A DNA stretch of 64,000 bases from Chlorokybus atmophyticus (lineage: Eukaryota; Plantae; Mesostigma and Chlorokybus algae): contig RHPI01002503.1 of assembly GCA_009103225.1 (NCBI GenBank), positions 1,231,987 through 1,295,986 on the forward strand. The letters run 5' to 3'. This document shows positions 9,854 through 20,074 of the stretch, one piece after another. Positions within the stretch are counted from its first letter, which is position 1, and each line of letters begins with the position of its first letter. The notes under the pieces were generated by a model. The model worked only from the letters and a program-made list of their open reading frames with translations. It searched no databases and was not told where the DNA came from. The position numbers and the translations under genes were made by a program.

Positions 9854-12800
9854 ATGGAGGCGACCTACGACAAGGGGCAGATTGCAAAGCTGGACACCGA
9901 CAACTACAACACATGGTGCGTGGAGATGAAGGCCTTGCTCATCCACAAGAAGGTGTGGAAGTACGTTGATCCGAAGGCACCACCACCAACACCAGGAGCG
10001 AACACTGTGTGGTCAGAGCATTCAGCAGAAGCACACTCTTTGCTTGTGTTGAACAGCAAACCGCATCACTTTCCCATGCTCACTGCATGTGAAGATGGTA
10101 GACAAGCTTGGGAAAAGCTATCAGCCGTTTTCAGAGCCAAGAACAATGCCAGAAAGTTGCATCTACGCAAGCAGCTCAGCGCACTCAGGAAGGAGGCAGC
10201 AGAACCCATCACAAAGTATGTTGCGCGCGCGAGAGAGCTGTGGGCGGACCTCATCAACGTCGGCCACAACATGGGGGAGACGGAGGTAGTGCTGGCCATT
10301 GTTGCAGGGCTACCAGCAGAGTACGAGGTCGTCGCAACCCTGCTGGAGACGTCATCATCGGAGTTGACGTTGGACGATGTGCTACCGAAGCTGCTCACCG
10401 TGGAGCAGAGGGTTGTGAAGAAGGACGAGCAAGCGGATGCCGTCGCCTTCTACACCGGCAAGCACGCAAAGAAGAGCAACCATGAAGAGAAGTACAAGGG
10501 CAACAAGCCAGGCAATCCTCGTCACAAAGACCTCACATGCCACTGGTGTGGTTGGAAGGGGCACATTGTGAAGGACTGTAGGAAGAAACAACAGGGGCAA
10601 CCTAGAGCAAGCACCAGCAACAGCGGCAACGAGCACCAACACAAGGAGAAACATGTCGCCTTCACTGCATCCAGTTCGAGGGCGGGCACAGCTTTCTGGG
10701 TGGTGGACTCTGGCTGCGATCGTCATCTCACACCAAACAAGGAGGTGATGGAGGGCTACAGGAAGCTGACGTCCACAATCAAGGTGGCGGGCTTCGGTGG
10801 CGAAGTACTGGTGGCTGAGGGAGTTGGCAACGTACGACTCCAGTGCAAGGTTGGTAACACACTACGCGAGGTGTTGTTACGCAACGTCCTGCATGTTCCT
10901 AAGGCTATTGCGAGTCTATTCTCTGTGAGGGTTGCGGAGCGCTTAGGCGCGGAGATCCTATTTCGGAAGGGTGGCTGCTCAGTCATCCTTGATGGGGTCG
11001 TGCACATGGTTGGAATCGCTGATCCGGGAGGGCTCTACCACGTGGAGCAGCCTCAAGACAGAGACATTCAAGCCATGGTGGTGAAGGACAAGGAGTCGCC
11101 AACATTGTGGCATCGAAGGTTCGGGCATCTCAGCTACGTCAACCTCACTCGCCTTGTCGCTGAGAAGATGGTCAAGGGCATCCATCTCAGCACAGAAGAA
11201 CTCAAGAATGCATCAGGTGCACTTTGTGAACCATGCCTGGTTGCAAAGCAGCATGCTATGCCATTCCCATCATCCTCTTCTAGCAGTCAGCATCCTTGCG
11301 AGCTTGTGCACATGGATGTCTGTGGCCCTATGCGCATTGTGGCGAAGGGAGGGGCCAGGTACTTTGCTACATTCCTCGACGACTACAGCAAGCTGTCCAT
11401 CATCTTTCCATTGACGCTCAAGTCAGAAGTTGCTGGAGCTGTGCGCACAGTTGTGGCCTTGTTGGAGACCCAGTCTGGCAACAAGATGAAGGCAATGAGG
11501 AGTGATCGAGGAGGGGAGTACATCAACAAGGAGTTGAAGGAGTTCTTCGCCAGCAAGGGCATACGCCACGAGACAACGGCACCCTACACCCCGCAGCAGA
11601 ATGGAGCAGCTGAACGCCTCAACAGGACACTCTTGGAGCGTGTTCGAGCCATGCTCAACGACACAAAGATGGAAGACAGTTTGTGGAAGGAGGCGGTACT
11701 CACTGCCAACTACATCCGCAACAGGTCTCCGGTGAGCTCAGAGCAGAAGACTCCGTGGGAGCACTTCTATGGAGCCACACCAGATGTGAGTGGTATGCGT
11801 GTGTTTGGATGCACGGCATATGCACTAGTGCCTAAACAGCTCAGGCACAAGCTGGAGCCGGTCAGCAAGAAGGGCATCTTCGTTGGCTATGAACCGGGTT
11901 CCAAGGCTTACAGGATCTTGCTCGAGGACACTCAGAAGATCATCGTGAGCAGAGAGGTGGTTTTCCACGAGGGATTATCACAACCAGAAGCAGGCTTCTT
12001 TCCTGAAGATGAAGCACAGCCGGAGCATCCTGAAACAGTGGAGGCTACAGGCAAGGCCATCATCGACGATAAGGGTGAGCAGGACTCCACTGTAGCAGAC
12101 AAGCAGTCGCACCTGCAGCAGGAGCACGCAGCTCGGAGATACCCAGTGAGGGAGAGAAAGGCACCTGACTTCCTACACAAGGCACACGTCGCCAGTGTGC
12201 AGAATGAGGAGCCAAGCACCTACGAGGAGGCATTGTTAGCACCAGATGCGGAGCAATGGCAGCGTGCTATGGACGAGGAGATTGCGTCACTCCATGCCAA
12301 CAACACTTGGTCACTGGAGCAGTTACCGCAAGGAGTGAAGACCATTCCAGTGAAATGGGTCTTCAAGGTGAAGCGTGATGGTCAGGGCAACATTGAGCGC
12401 TACAAGGCAAGACTGGTGGCAAAGGGCTTCTTGCAGCAGGAAGGTGTGGACTTCAACGAAGTGTTTGCACCTGCAAGTAAGCATACCACCTTCCGTGCAC
12501 TGCTAGCTATGGTTGCTGCTGAAGACCTAGAGCTGCATCACCTGGATGTGAAGACTGCCTTCCTCTACGGAGAGCTGGAGGAGGAGATCTTCATCGAGCA
12601 ACCACCTGGATATGAAGAAGGGGAGAGAGGCACAGCGTGCAAGCTGATCAAGGCACTGTACGGGCTGCGACAGGCACCGCGTATGTGGCACATCAAGCTC
12701 ACCAAGGAGCTGGAGGCACTTGGCTTCACCGCATCCTCTGCAGACCCTGGGCTCTTCATCCATGCAGACAACAAGGTCTGGCTGCTCGTGTATGTTGATG

Positions 12801-13741
12801 ATATCATCATCACCGCCAGGCAGGTGCACCACCTGCAGGAGACGAAACTTGCTCTACAGCAAGCATTCTCAGTTCGTGATCTTGGAGAGGCCAAGTGGTT
12901 CCTTGGCATGGTGATTGAGCGCGACAGGGCGGCTCGCACAATCAAGATCAGTCAGGAGCAGATGGTGAGAAGACTCGTCACCAAGTTTGGGCTCACTGAA
13001 GCGAAGACCAAGACCACACCGTTGGCACTTGGCACTGCCCTCATCAAGGCAAAGGATGAGGAGGTACTCGACAAGGCTCAGTATCCATATGGTGAGCTGG
13101 TAGGCAGCATGCTCTATCTGGCAGTGTGCACACGTCCCGATGTTGCACATGCTGTGGGAGTACTTGCTCGCTACATGTCTGCACCGAGCATGGAGCACTG
13201 GAGAGCAGCAAAGGGAGTACTACGCTATGTTGCTGGGAGCGCAACAGTTGGCATCAAGTTTGGGAGCGGGAGCACTGAGTTGGAGGGCTACTGCGACTCG
13301 GACTTTGCTGGTGACCTCAACAGCAGGAGGTCCACTACAGGCTACGTCTTCAAGCTGAACGGAGGCGTGGTGAGCTGGAACAGCAGGCTGCAGCCAACAA
13401 CAGCAGCATCTACATCAGAGGCTGAGTACATGGCAGCGGCAGCAGCAGTGAAGGAGGCACTCGGGCTTCGCAAGCTCATGGCAGACTTGGAGCACCCCAT
13501 GGCGTACATCGTCATCAACTGTGACAACCAAGGAGCCATCAAGTTGTTGAAGCATCCTATCGCCTCGGCAAGGACGAAGCACATTGATGTCATGCATCAC
13601 TTTGTGCGTGACAGAGTCACAAGGAAGGAGGTGGAGTTCCAGTACTGCAACACTGAGGGCATGCTGGCGGACTTCATGACAAAGCCATTGTCACCACTCA
13701 AGTTCAAGACTTGTTGTGCAGGACTTGGCATCTGTGTTTGA
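9854..13741 (+). CDS. Copia gag-pol polyprotein (about 1295 aa)
   Basis: Uninterrupted ORF with zinc knuckle CHWCGWKGHIVKDC, protease VVDSGC, LWHRRFGH pre-integrase, integrase HMDVCGP...SDRGGEY...AERLNRTL, RT KARLVAKGF...YVDD and RNase H CDNQGAI...HIDV. Domain order PR-IN-RT-RH is diagnostic of Copia. Confidence 0.97.
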   Translation: MEATYDKGQIAKLDTDNYNTWCVEMKALLIHKKVWKYVDPKAPPPTPGANTVWSEHSAEAHSLLVLNSKPHHFPMLTACEDGRQAWEKLSAVFRAKNNARKLHLRKQLSALRKEAAEPITKYVARARELWADLINVGHNMGETEVVLAIVAGLPAEYEVVATLLETSSSELTLDDVLPKLLTVEQRVVKKDEQADAVAFYTGKHAKKSNHEEKYKGNKPGNPRHKDLTCHWCGWKGHIVKDCRKKQQGQPRASTSNSGNEHQHKEKHVAFTASSSRAGTAFWVVDSGCDRHLTPNKEVMEGYRKLTSTIKVAGFGGEVLVAEGVGNVRLQCKVGNTLREVLLRNVLHVPKAIASLFSVRVAERLGAEILFRKGGCSVILDGVVHMVGIADPGGLYHVEQPQDRDIQAMVVKDKESPTLWHRRFGHLSYVNLTRLVAEKMVKGIHLSTEELKNASGALCEPCLVAKQHAMPFPSSSSSSQHPCELVHMDVCGPMRIVAKGGARYFATFLDDYSKLSIIFPLTLKSEVAGAVRTVVALLETQSGNKMKAMRSDRGGEYINKELKEFFASKGIRHETTAPYTPQQNGAAERLNRTLLERVRAMLNDTKMEDSLWKEAVLTANYIRNRSPVSSEQKTPWEHFYGATPDVSGMRVFGCTAYALVPKQLRHKLEPVSKKGIFVGYEPGSKAYRILLEDTQKIIVSREVVFHEGLSQPEAGFFPEDEAQPEHPETVEATGKAIIDDKGEQDSTVADKQSHLQQEHAARRYPVRERKAPDFLHKAHVASVQNEEPSTYEEALLAPDAEQWQRAMDEEIASLHANNTWSLEQLPQGVKTIPVKWVFKVKRDGQGNIERYKARLVAKGFLQQEGVDFNEVFAPASKHTTFRALLAMVAAEDLELHHLDVKTAFLYGELEEEIFIEQPPGYEEGERGTACKLIKALYGLRQAPRMWHIKLTKELEALGFTASSADPGLFIHADNKVWLLVYVDDIIITARQVHHLQETKLALQQAFSVRDLGEAKWFLGMVIERDRAARTIKISQEQMVRRLVTKFGLTEAKTKTTPLALGTALIKAKDEEVLDKAQYPYGELVGSMLYLAVCTRPDVAHAVGVLARYMSAPSMEHWRAAKGVLRYVAGSATVGIKFGSGSTELEGYCDSDFAGDLNSRRSTTGYVFKLNGGVVSWNSRLQPTTAASTSEAEYMAAAAAVKEALGLRKLMADLEHPMAYIVINCDNQGAIKLLKHPIASARTKHIDVMHHFVRDRVTRKEVEFQYCNTEGMLADFMTKPLSPLKFKTCCAGLGICV

Positions 13742-13783
13742 CTACAGGAGCAAGCGTTGGAGGTCAAGCTGCTCGCGTGGGAG

Positions 13784-14207
13784 TGTTGAGAGTATTCCTA
13801 CATACGATCAGCATCGACCCTCCACACAGGAGTAGAAGGTCGTAAGGACGAGCACTAGGTCCGGACTTAGCAAGATGGCATCGTCGGACCAGACTCCGGA
13901 CTCCAGACAGGAGCCTTACTAACTGCTTCGTATCTCCGCGTATACTTACTCATATTAGACGTGTAAGAGCTTGTTGGAAAGCTCTGGTTGTGAGAAAGAC
14001 AACGCAGCTTAGAGCGCGTCAAAAGGCTGAGTATAGCTTACGCAGTGCTTGCAAACGTAGACGTGTGTGTAACTGGCTGGTATAAGAACCAGCGGACAAC
14101 TTGTAATAGATGAATGTGATGTGACCTGTGTATGCTCTGGTGGCGGTAGCTCTGTCTCTGTGTGTCCATGCTTGCCTCAACTACATGTGCATGCTAGTCC
14201 TTCAACA
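13784..14207 (+). repeat. 3' LTR (424 bp)
   Basis: Near-identical copy of 9303-9726, preceded by CGCGTGGGAG. Confidence 0.97.
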
Positions 14208-15524
14208 CTTACAGGGCTCCCCTTTCGAGTGGGCGAAAGTACACCACAAAACTGCCTCTACGAATATCCGACCCACTTGCAGCTGCGATTACGGCGACAT
14301 AATTGAAGGGACCAAACAAGACTGGCATAACCAAGGTGGGTTACAATGCACTGTCAATGCCACATGCTAGGGTTCTTTTATCTTGCACATGCACAGCCTC
14401 AAGTATCTTGCACAGGACATACACTGTCAATACCACATGCACACCCTCATGCACAGCCTCCAGTGTCATGCACATGAACAGCATGACCAATCTCGCAAAT
14501 GTACAGCCTATTTCTACTTGTGGGAGCTCACAAGTCGCAAAAGAGAAGCTGCAAAGTACCATGAATGGGTAATCCATGACCTAGTTTAATGTTTCCAGCG
14601 GCAATTAAACAGTATGCTTGCAGATTGCCATGTTGGTCAGAGTGAACCAAGAGCAGCGCGGCAGGCTGACTGTCTGCTTGGCGAAGTGCAACAAAGCGGA
14701 AGACGAGGTAAGCATGTGTATGCGCATGGGCTAGTCCTCTGGCAGCACGCCACTCTTACAGCATTACCAAATGCAGGTGGTCACTTACAAAGCGACCATC
14801 AAGCGCATGTGCGTGCACGGCGAGGTGCTGACATCCAAACTGAAGGACGTACTAGCCGCTGTATTGTTAGCGAGCGAGGCAAAAGATAACTCTGATGTTG
14901 AAGCTGAAGACTTGTTTGAGGAGGAACAGGAGGAGGGGGTTGAGAAGGAGTTCTGAGGCAGGCACCACTGGTTGACAAGCTGCGCATGAGTGCGACAGCT
15001 AGACTCAATGTTGTAGGTAGGTTCATGCGCAAGTGGGCTGCTCAGTTGCAAGTGGACATACTCTCACCACTGCCGGTACATAGTATATATTGTGGGCTTA
15101 TAGTTGCAAGATCAAACAATGAGTCCAAGGTTTGTACAAGCTACATGGCATGTTAGTGTTGGCTTACGGCAAGAATTGCCAACTTTTGTTAAACGGTAAG
15201 GATCACATATTAACAGCAGTGTAACGGCAAAAAAACTGCCGGCTATTGCTGTGAGCTGTCCGTAACTACCGGCTAACGACCGTCTGTGCACATTGACCAA
15301 AAGGTGATTGGTTGACAACTTTCGGTCGGTCAGTGCCACTGACAACCACTTTCGGCCCGTGGTCGTCTGCGTCAGTCCACTCAAGCCAACGGCAAACCCA
15401 ACACTCAAAAAGTAACATTTCAGGCAGCGGCAGGCAGGCTCAAGCACCCATCAGGCACTCAGTCCTTAGTCAGTCACCGTGTAGAATTTGCGATACGTTA
15501 TGCATGTAATATGACACTGTACGC

Positions 15525-15620
15525 ACACATGTATATACCATGTATATACATGTGTGCATACGATATATATATATATATGTATTTATGTATATGTATGTGT
15601 ATATATATGTATATGCATGT
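15525..15620. repeat. AT/GT-rich microsatellite tract
   Basis: (AT)n at about 15563-15578 within degenerate ATGT/ATAT repeats. Confidence 0.85.
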
Positions 15621-18600
15621 TTTTATCCATCTTAACAACGAGCTGTCATTGACAGCCCTTAACAAGATTATCGGCACATTTGGACAGCCCCCCGAAGAAT
15701 AACTCCTTACATGGCGACATACATGATTACCAAAAAGAGAGGGTAGACGGAGTATAACTGACTGCTCACATGCGCCTGTGCAGAGCGGATTGATGTAGAA
15801 TGCGTGAACACATGATTGAGGGCTGCGTTCGATGCGAGATATCGTCTCTGGCTACGCTCGAGGCAATATGTTGCCTCTCATTAGCCCTCTTGGACTTAGA
15901 TATCCTATACACATCAATTGGACGTATTGATTATGATCGCGCACTAGCTGTGTCAGCTCTGCACATGCCGTGTCATTTTTGGACGTCGACGCCTCTTCAA
16001 TTGCCGTTACGTGCCGCACTTGCATACGCAAGTGCGGTCCTCATGTTGCGTATCATAATTTGGTTCAGCTGAAGACCACGTTTATCACATTATAACGGTG
16101 GCGTACAATCATAAGCGGTAAGTACTAGTGAGTGCCACTTCAGTGAATCCGTGAAAAAGGTTGGTTAGTAATGGCGGCATGTGTTTGGGGTATGGGGCCT
16201 GCCCTGACCTTCCGTGAAAAACGCGCGCGTTTCAACCATTAACCGTGCCCAGTTGGCAAACACGTAGCATTAATGCTTGCCGTTCTCCAAGTCGTTGCCG
16301 CCAAGACACCTTTGAGCATCTTTGCAATGATTGGCATCTTTATGGCCTTTTTCGGCGACGACGGCTGTCACCATTGCGATCCCATATGATCAAATTCATG
16401 CGTGCCCAAATTGTGGCCTAACAACACACATTCTCTGGTAATTAAACTTCATGTTAAGGCAATCATAATCTTGAAACATTACGTGGCAAAAACGATATTA
16501 ATATTATTCAAAACCTTTACAAGGTTTTGAATATCATACTATGATTCATGCCCATATGAAATTTATGTCGCAATTTGTGCACCGTACGTATGGTGCTCAT
16601 ATTATCAATAGTTATTTTGTTTTGCATATATTTTTGGCAGTTGCACGATCATTGTGTGACATGATGTGGGGAAGTGCTTTAGACGGTCTCGATCGGTCGT
16701 TGGATTTGTTTTCCACAAATCCAACAATCGATAGTCCAATGATTGGTTGATTATTTCGACAGATAATGCACCAGAAGAGCGGCGCTATAATGCGCCTACC
16801 ACACATAAAGAGTTGACAATATTCATACCGGACAACCTAAATGAGCACAACCGACACGAGATGAGTATTTGTCGATCGGTAATTAGCAGCACATTAATAA
16901 GTTTTTATCGTGGTTGGACTGTACATTTTGATCTCATTATAATACACATGTGACACAGGGGAGAGCGATAGAGCGTATCAGCAACCTCAACGGCGCATCC
17001 GATTGGCTAAATCGATAGTTGTTGCGCAGCCGATGATGCACGGGCCACGCATACTGCGCAACTTAGCGGTCGCGGGTGCCGTAAGTGATGGCCCTTGCCC
17101 GTATCACGCGTGTGTGATGTGTTTGTGTGCCCCAATGCCGGCCGGCCGACCGGCTTGCCCAATCAGCCGCACCCCTAGTTATGCGACATGTTATAAGTGT
17201 TGTAAATGGCATGTGGCTCTCCCTATCGTAGCGACCTTTGCTGACATGGCTTAATGATGAAGGCGTCGATGTTACATTGCGACTTGCTGAACGCACTGCT
17301 CATCTATTGTCATGCGCCTCATTTCTCGAAAGGCTCACAATTACTTTGTTTACGTACTGCGTCCGTGGCATATGCATATGCCGCGGACGTAGTACGTTCA
17401 GAAAAGTGATTAAGATTGAACTTAAGATCTATTCTTTATGGTAGCATGCGTGGAATATCCGTCTAATAAACTACGTTATTGCTTGGTTCAATACGCACAA
17501 TGATCCCTATAGTCATGATATTGGCATTGTTTTTTTTTGATTGCTTTTAATCTAGAAGCTCTGGATGCCACCCTTCGTCACAAGTATGCATGGGCAACGG
17601 TCATGCATGCAAATGAATACGCACTGAAATGTAGTGTCATACTCAACATTGATGCATCAATATAGCATGCATGATTTTGAGATATATGCGCAATATGCTT
17701 CTATCATCAGCAGCAATTGTGTATTGCAAGATTGCTGCTGTACGTGGAAAAAGTATCGATTAGCATGTGATAGCTGCAAACCCCTTTATTTCATAACATC
17801 GGCTACTACACCATGAAAGCATTGCGAGCGAATGCTAATCATTAACATGCCCGACCCTTTCACATGAAATGCACTTGATAAATAGCGGATCGATTGTGTT
17901 CTTTGCAACATGCATAGTTTGCAGGCAATGTTTAGAGAGAATCAAGGGCAATTACGCGGGGCGACAAAATGAGATGAATAAGTGATATTATTACAAACCC
18001 TCATTGTAATTTGTATACCATTAATCAGTCAACTTTTGACCTTACAGTTTTTCCAAACTGAAACATTCAATTTGCCCTTTATCTGAAACTTTGAATATCC
18101 CATAAATGCCTTCACATGCAGATCAAAAGCCAATATAGCGACATAAATGATTTTAGATGGGGAGTAAAAGTGAAAGTTCAGCTTGAAAAATGGCGAGGTG
18201 CTAAGTTAGATATGCAATTATTAATACTACTACCATGCTTATCTAGCCGCCCTGCATGTTTTCCTTTATTTCCCCACTATAAATCGCAAAAAATGCATGC
18301 GGGAAACTGCGGGAAACTTAACTGACCACTATCTGCCTTTTGGTCTTCATGTATTTTTATGTCCATTTTTTAATATTACATTCAACCAATGCAAGCCCAT
18401 ATTTCACATAACGGCCTCCTTGTGAGGAGCTTTTAGCGAGGGGCCAAAAGAGTGGGGTGGCATGTGAAATCAATGGTCGCTAGGGGCTTTGCTAAACTTA
18501 CAAAAAAGGTATCAATTATCAAATTCAATCGTTTCATCATATAAATTTTTATACAAATTACCATAATCATTCTAAAGTGATATATATTAAGGTCTCAATG

Positions 18601-19461
18601 AAAACATGCAATAAGTACGACGAGCATCTAATGATGTATAAACGCATTAATATAGAATTGAGTAACTGTATACGATACTTATACATCCACATATTTGTTA
18701 CAACAAGTACGATAATATGCGCAAGCCTTGAATGCATACGCATGTGGCATGATGGAATAAAACATATAACATCGTGAACGGCTACATACCGGTAAGCTCC
18801 TTGTTACATGGTACTCGAACATAGCCAAATGTGGCATCCCCAACTTGGGGGGGGACCTTATGCCCAAAAAGTTGCACCGCTATTAGTGATAGCCTATCAC
18901 TGCCTCGGATCAAGTTGGATGCCGCAAGTGGAATCTTGCCGCGAGATCCTCTCCAAAGACCCGCCCGCTGACGTCATCAGAACTCGCACATCCGACCGGT
19001 CCGTCATCCAACCCTATCCATATTGAAGCCTTCCAACCGTCCAAATATTATGTTTGGACGGTTTCTATAACGCAACTTGCGGCCCAGATCAGCAGAGTAG
19101 ACTACCTAGGTTTGAAACACGGTCTGCTCTGCTGATCTGGGCCGCAAGATGCACGGCAGTTACGTCATCGTCGAGCTGCAATGCGCTTGCGACCAATCCT
19201 CAGCGCGTAACCGTACAGCAAGCCGTAATATCGTCAATGCCTAGCATCATTTTTGGGTTTTTGCGTTATTTGCGCATTCTGTTTACTGTTTTCTTATAGA
19301 TAATACGCTGAATACGACAAACTTGACAATAGCCTGCTGTCCCCGAAACAAATTGTGGATTGCAGACTGCACCAGCTTCAGGTAATTGGTTGTTAGTAGT
19401 CACTTTGTCAACCTCATCCACGTCGTCACGCCTGTCGCCGCCCTCCCCCACCACAGCAGCA

Positions 19462-20074
19462 ATGGCGTCCGTGATGGCATGCTCCGGCCTGTCGGCTCCC
19501 TCCACCCTGCGGGTACAGGCTAAGCCCCGCAGCGCAGCTCAGCCAGCTAAGGTCAGCATTGATCAGCATGGCATGCATGCTGCTTGCTATCCAACAGCAT
19601 GCTGCCGCATGCAATGCCGGCACTGATGAGAGCGCGTTGCGATGCTGTGGAAGTAACTACCATCCTTGCATGCTGTCTAAGTTAGTAAACTGTTGCTTAG
19701 GCTGTGGTCCGCGCCTCCGCCGATGAGAGCTCCACCCGCCGCAGCATGGTTGCCGGCATTGCCGCTGCCGCTGCGCTGCTCGTCGCCGCTGGCAACCAGA
19801 CCGCCTTCGCCGAGACCAACCGCGAGTACAACCTGAAGAACAAGAAGGTATGCTTCAGCTTCACCTGTATTGGCATTGGCTTTGTGATCATTGGCAATGG
19901 CTCGCTCTCGCAATGCAGCGTGCTTAGGCATCTTGTAGATTAGTTGTAACTGATTGGAGTCGTCAGTAGTAAACCATGTTTTGTGCACAGGTTCCCGTGG
20001 CGGTTCGCCAGCAGTTCGCTGCCGTCTGCGCTTCCAACCCCACCGCTTCTGTCTGCAACAACAAGGGCAAGTAA
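19462..20074 (+). CDS. psbTn: Nuclear-encoded photosystem II 5 kDa lumenal protein, PsbTn-like (106 aa)
   Basis: Exons 19462-19551, 19701-19847 and 19991-20074, all GT-AG and phase-consistent. Transit peptide, twin-Arg Tat motif TRRSM, AFA cleavage site and C-terminal FAAVCASNPTASVC resembling PsbTn (YA.VC...PTA.IC). Confidence 0.7.

Larger units (their letters stand above)
9303..14207 (+). mobile_element. Full-length Ty1/Copia LTR retrotransposon, recent insertion
   Basis: Two TG...CA LTRs, a 5-bp target-site duplication CTTAC (9298-9302 and 14208-14212), a PBS, a short purine-rich tract before the 3' LTR and one intact gag-pol ORF. Confidence 0.98.
9104..14956 (+). pseudogene. Unknown spliced gene interrupted by the Copia insertion
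   Basis: Removing 9303-14212 restores a continuous frame (...SGDIL|QGSPFEWAKVHHK...). A GT-AG intron at 14336-14506 splices in frame to AYFYLWELTSRKREAAKYHEW. A second intron (14708-14776) leads to an acidic terminal exon ending at 14956. One stop (14587-14589) and one frameshift remain. Confidence 0.45.

Noticed and set aside
10066-13600. Antisense and alternative-frame ORFs inside Copia; possible env-like gene
   Set aside because: These are shadows of gag-pol. Only about 40 bp separate the pol stop from the 3' LTR, leaving no room for env.
9085-14285. Minus-strand open frame across the Copia junction (LQVGRIFVEAVLW...)
   Set aside because: No supporting flanking exons; probably the antisense shadow of the plus-strand gene.
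9240-14310. KDZ-transposase-like motif in an alternative frame across the Copia site (PHHAYQGHSQ*QQ*LGRYLTGLPFRVGE)
   Set aside because: That frame has several stops, whereas another frame is open across the junction and splices in frame. The resemblance is short and may be chance.
440-15480. One giant element with TIRs at about 440-860 and about 15100-15480
   Set aside because: The reverse complement of the right region is not colinear with the left. Only scattered short motifs are shared and no TSD was seen.
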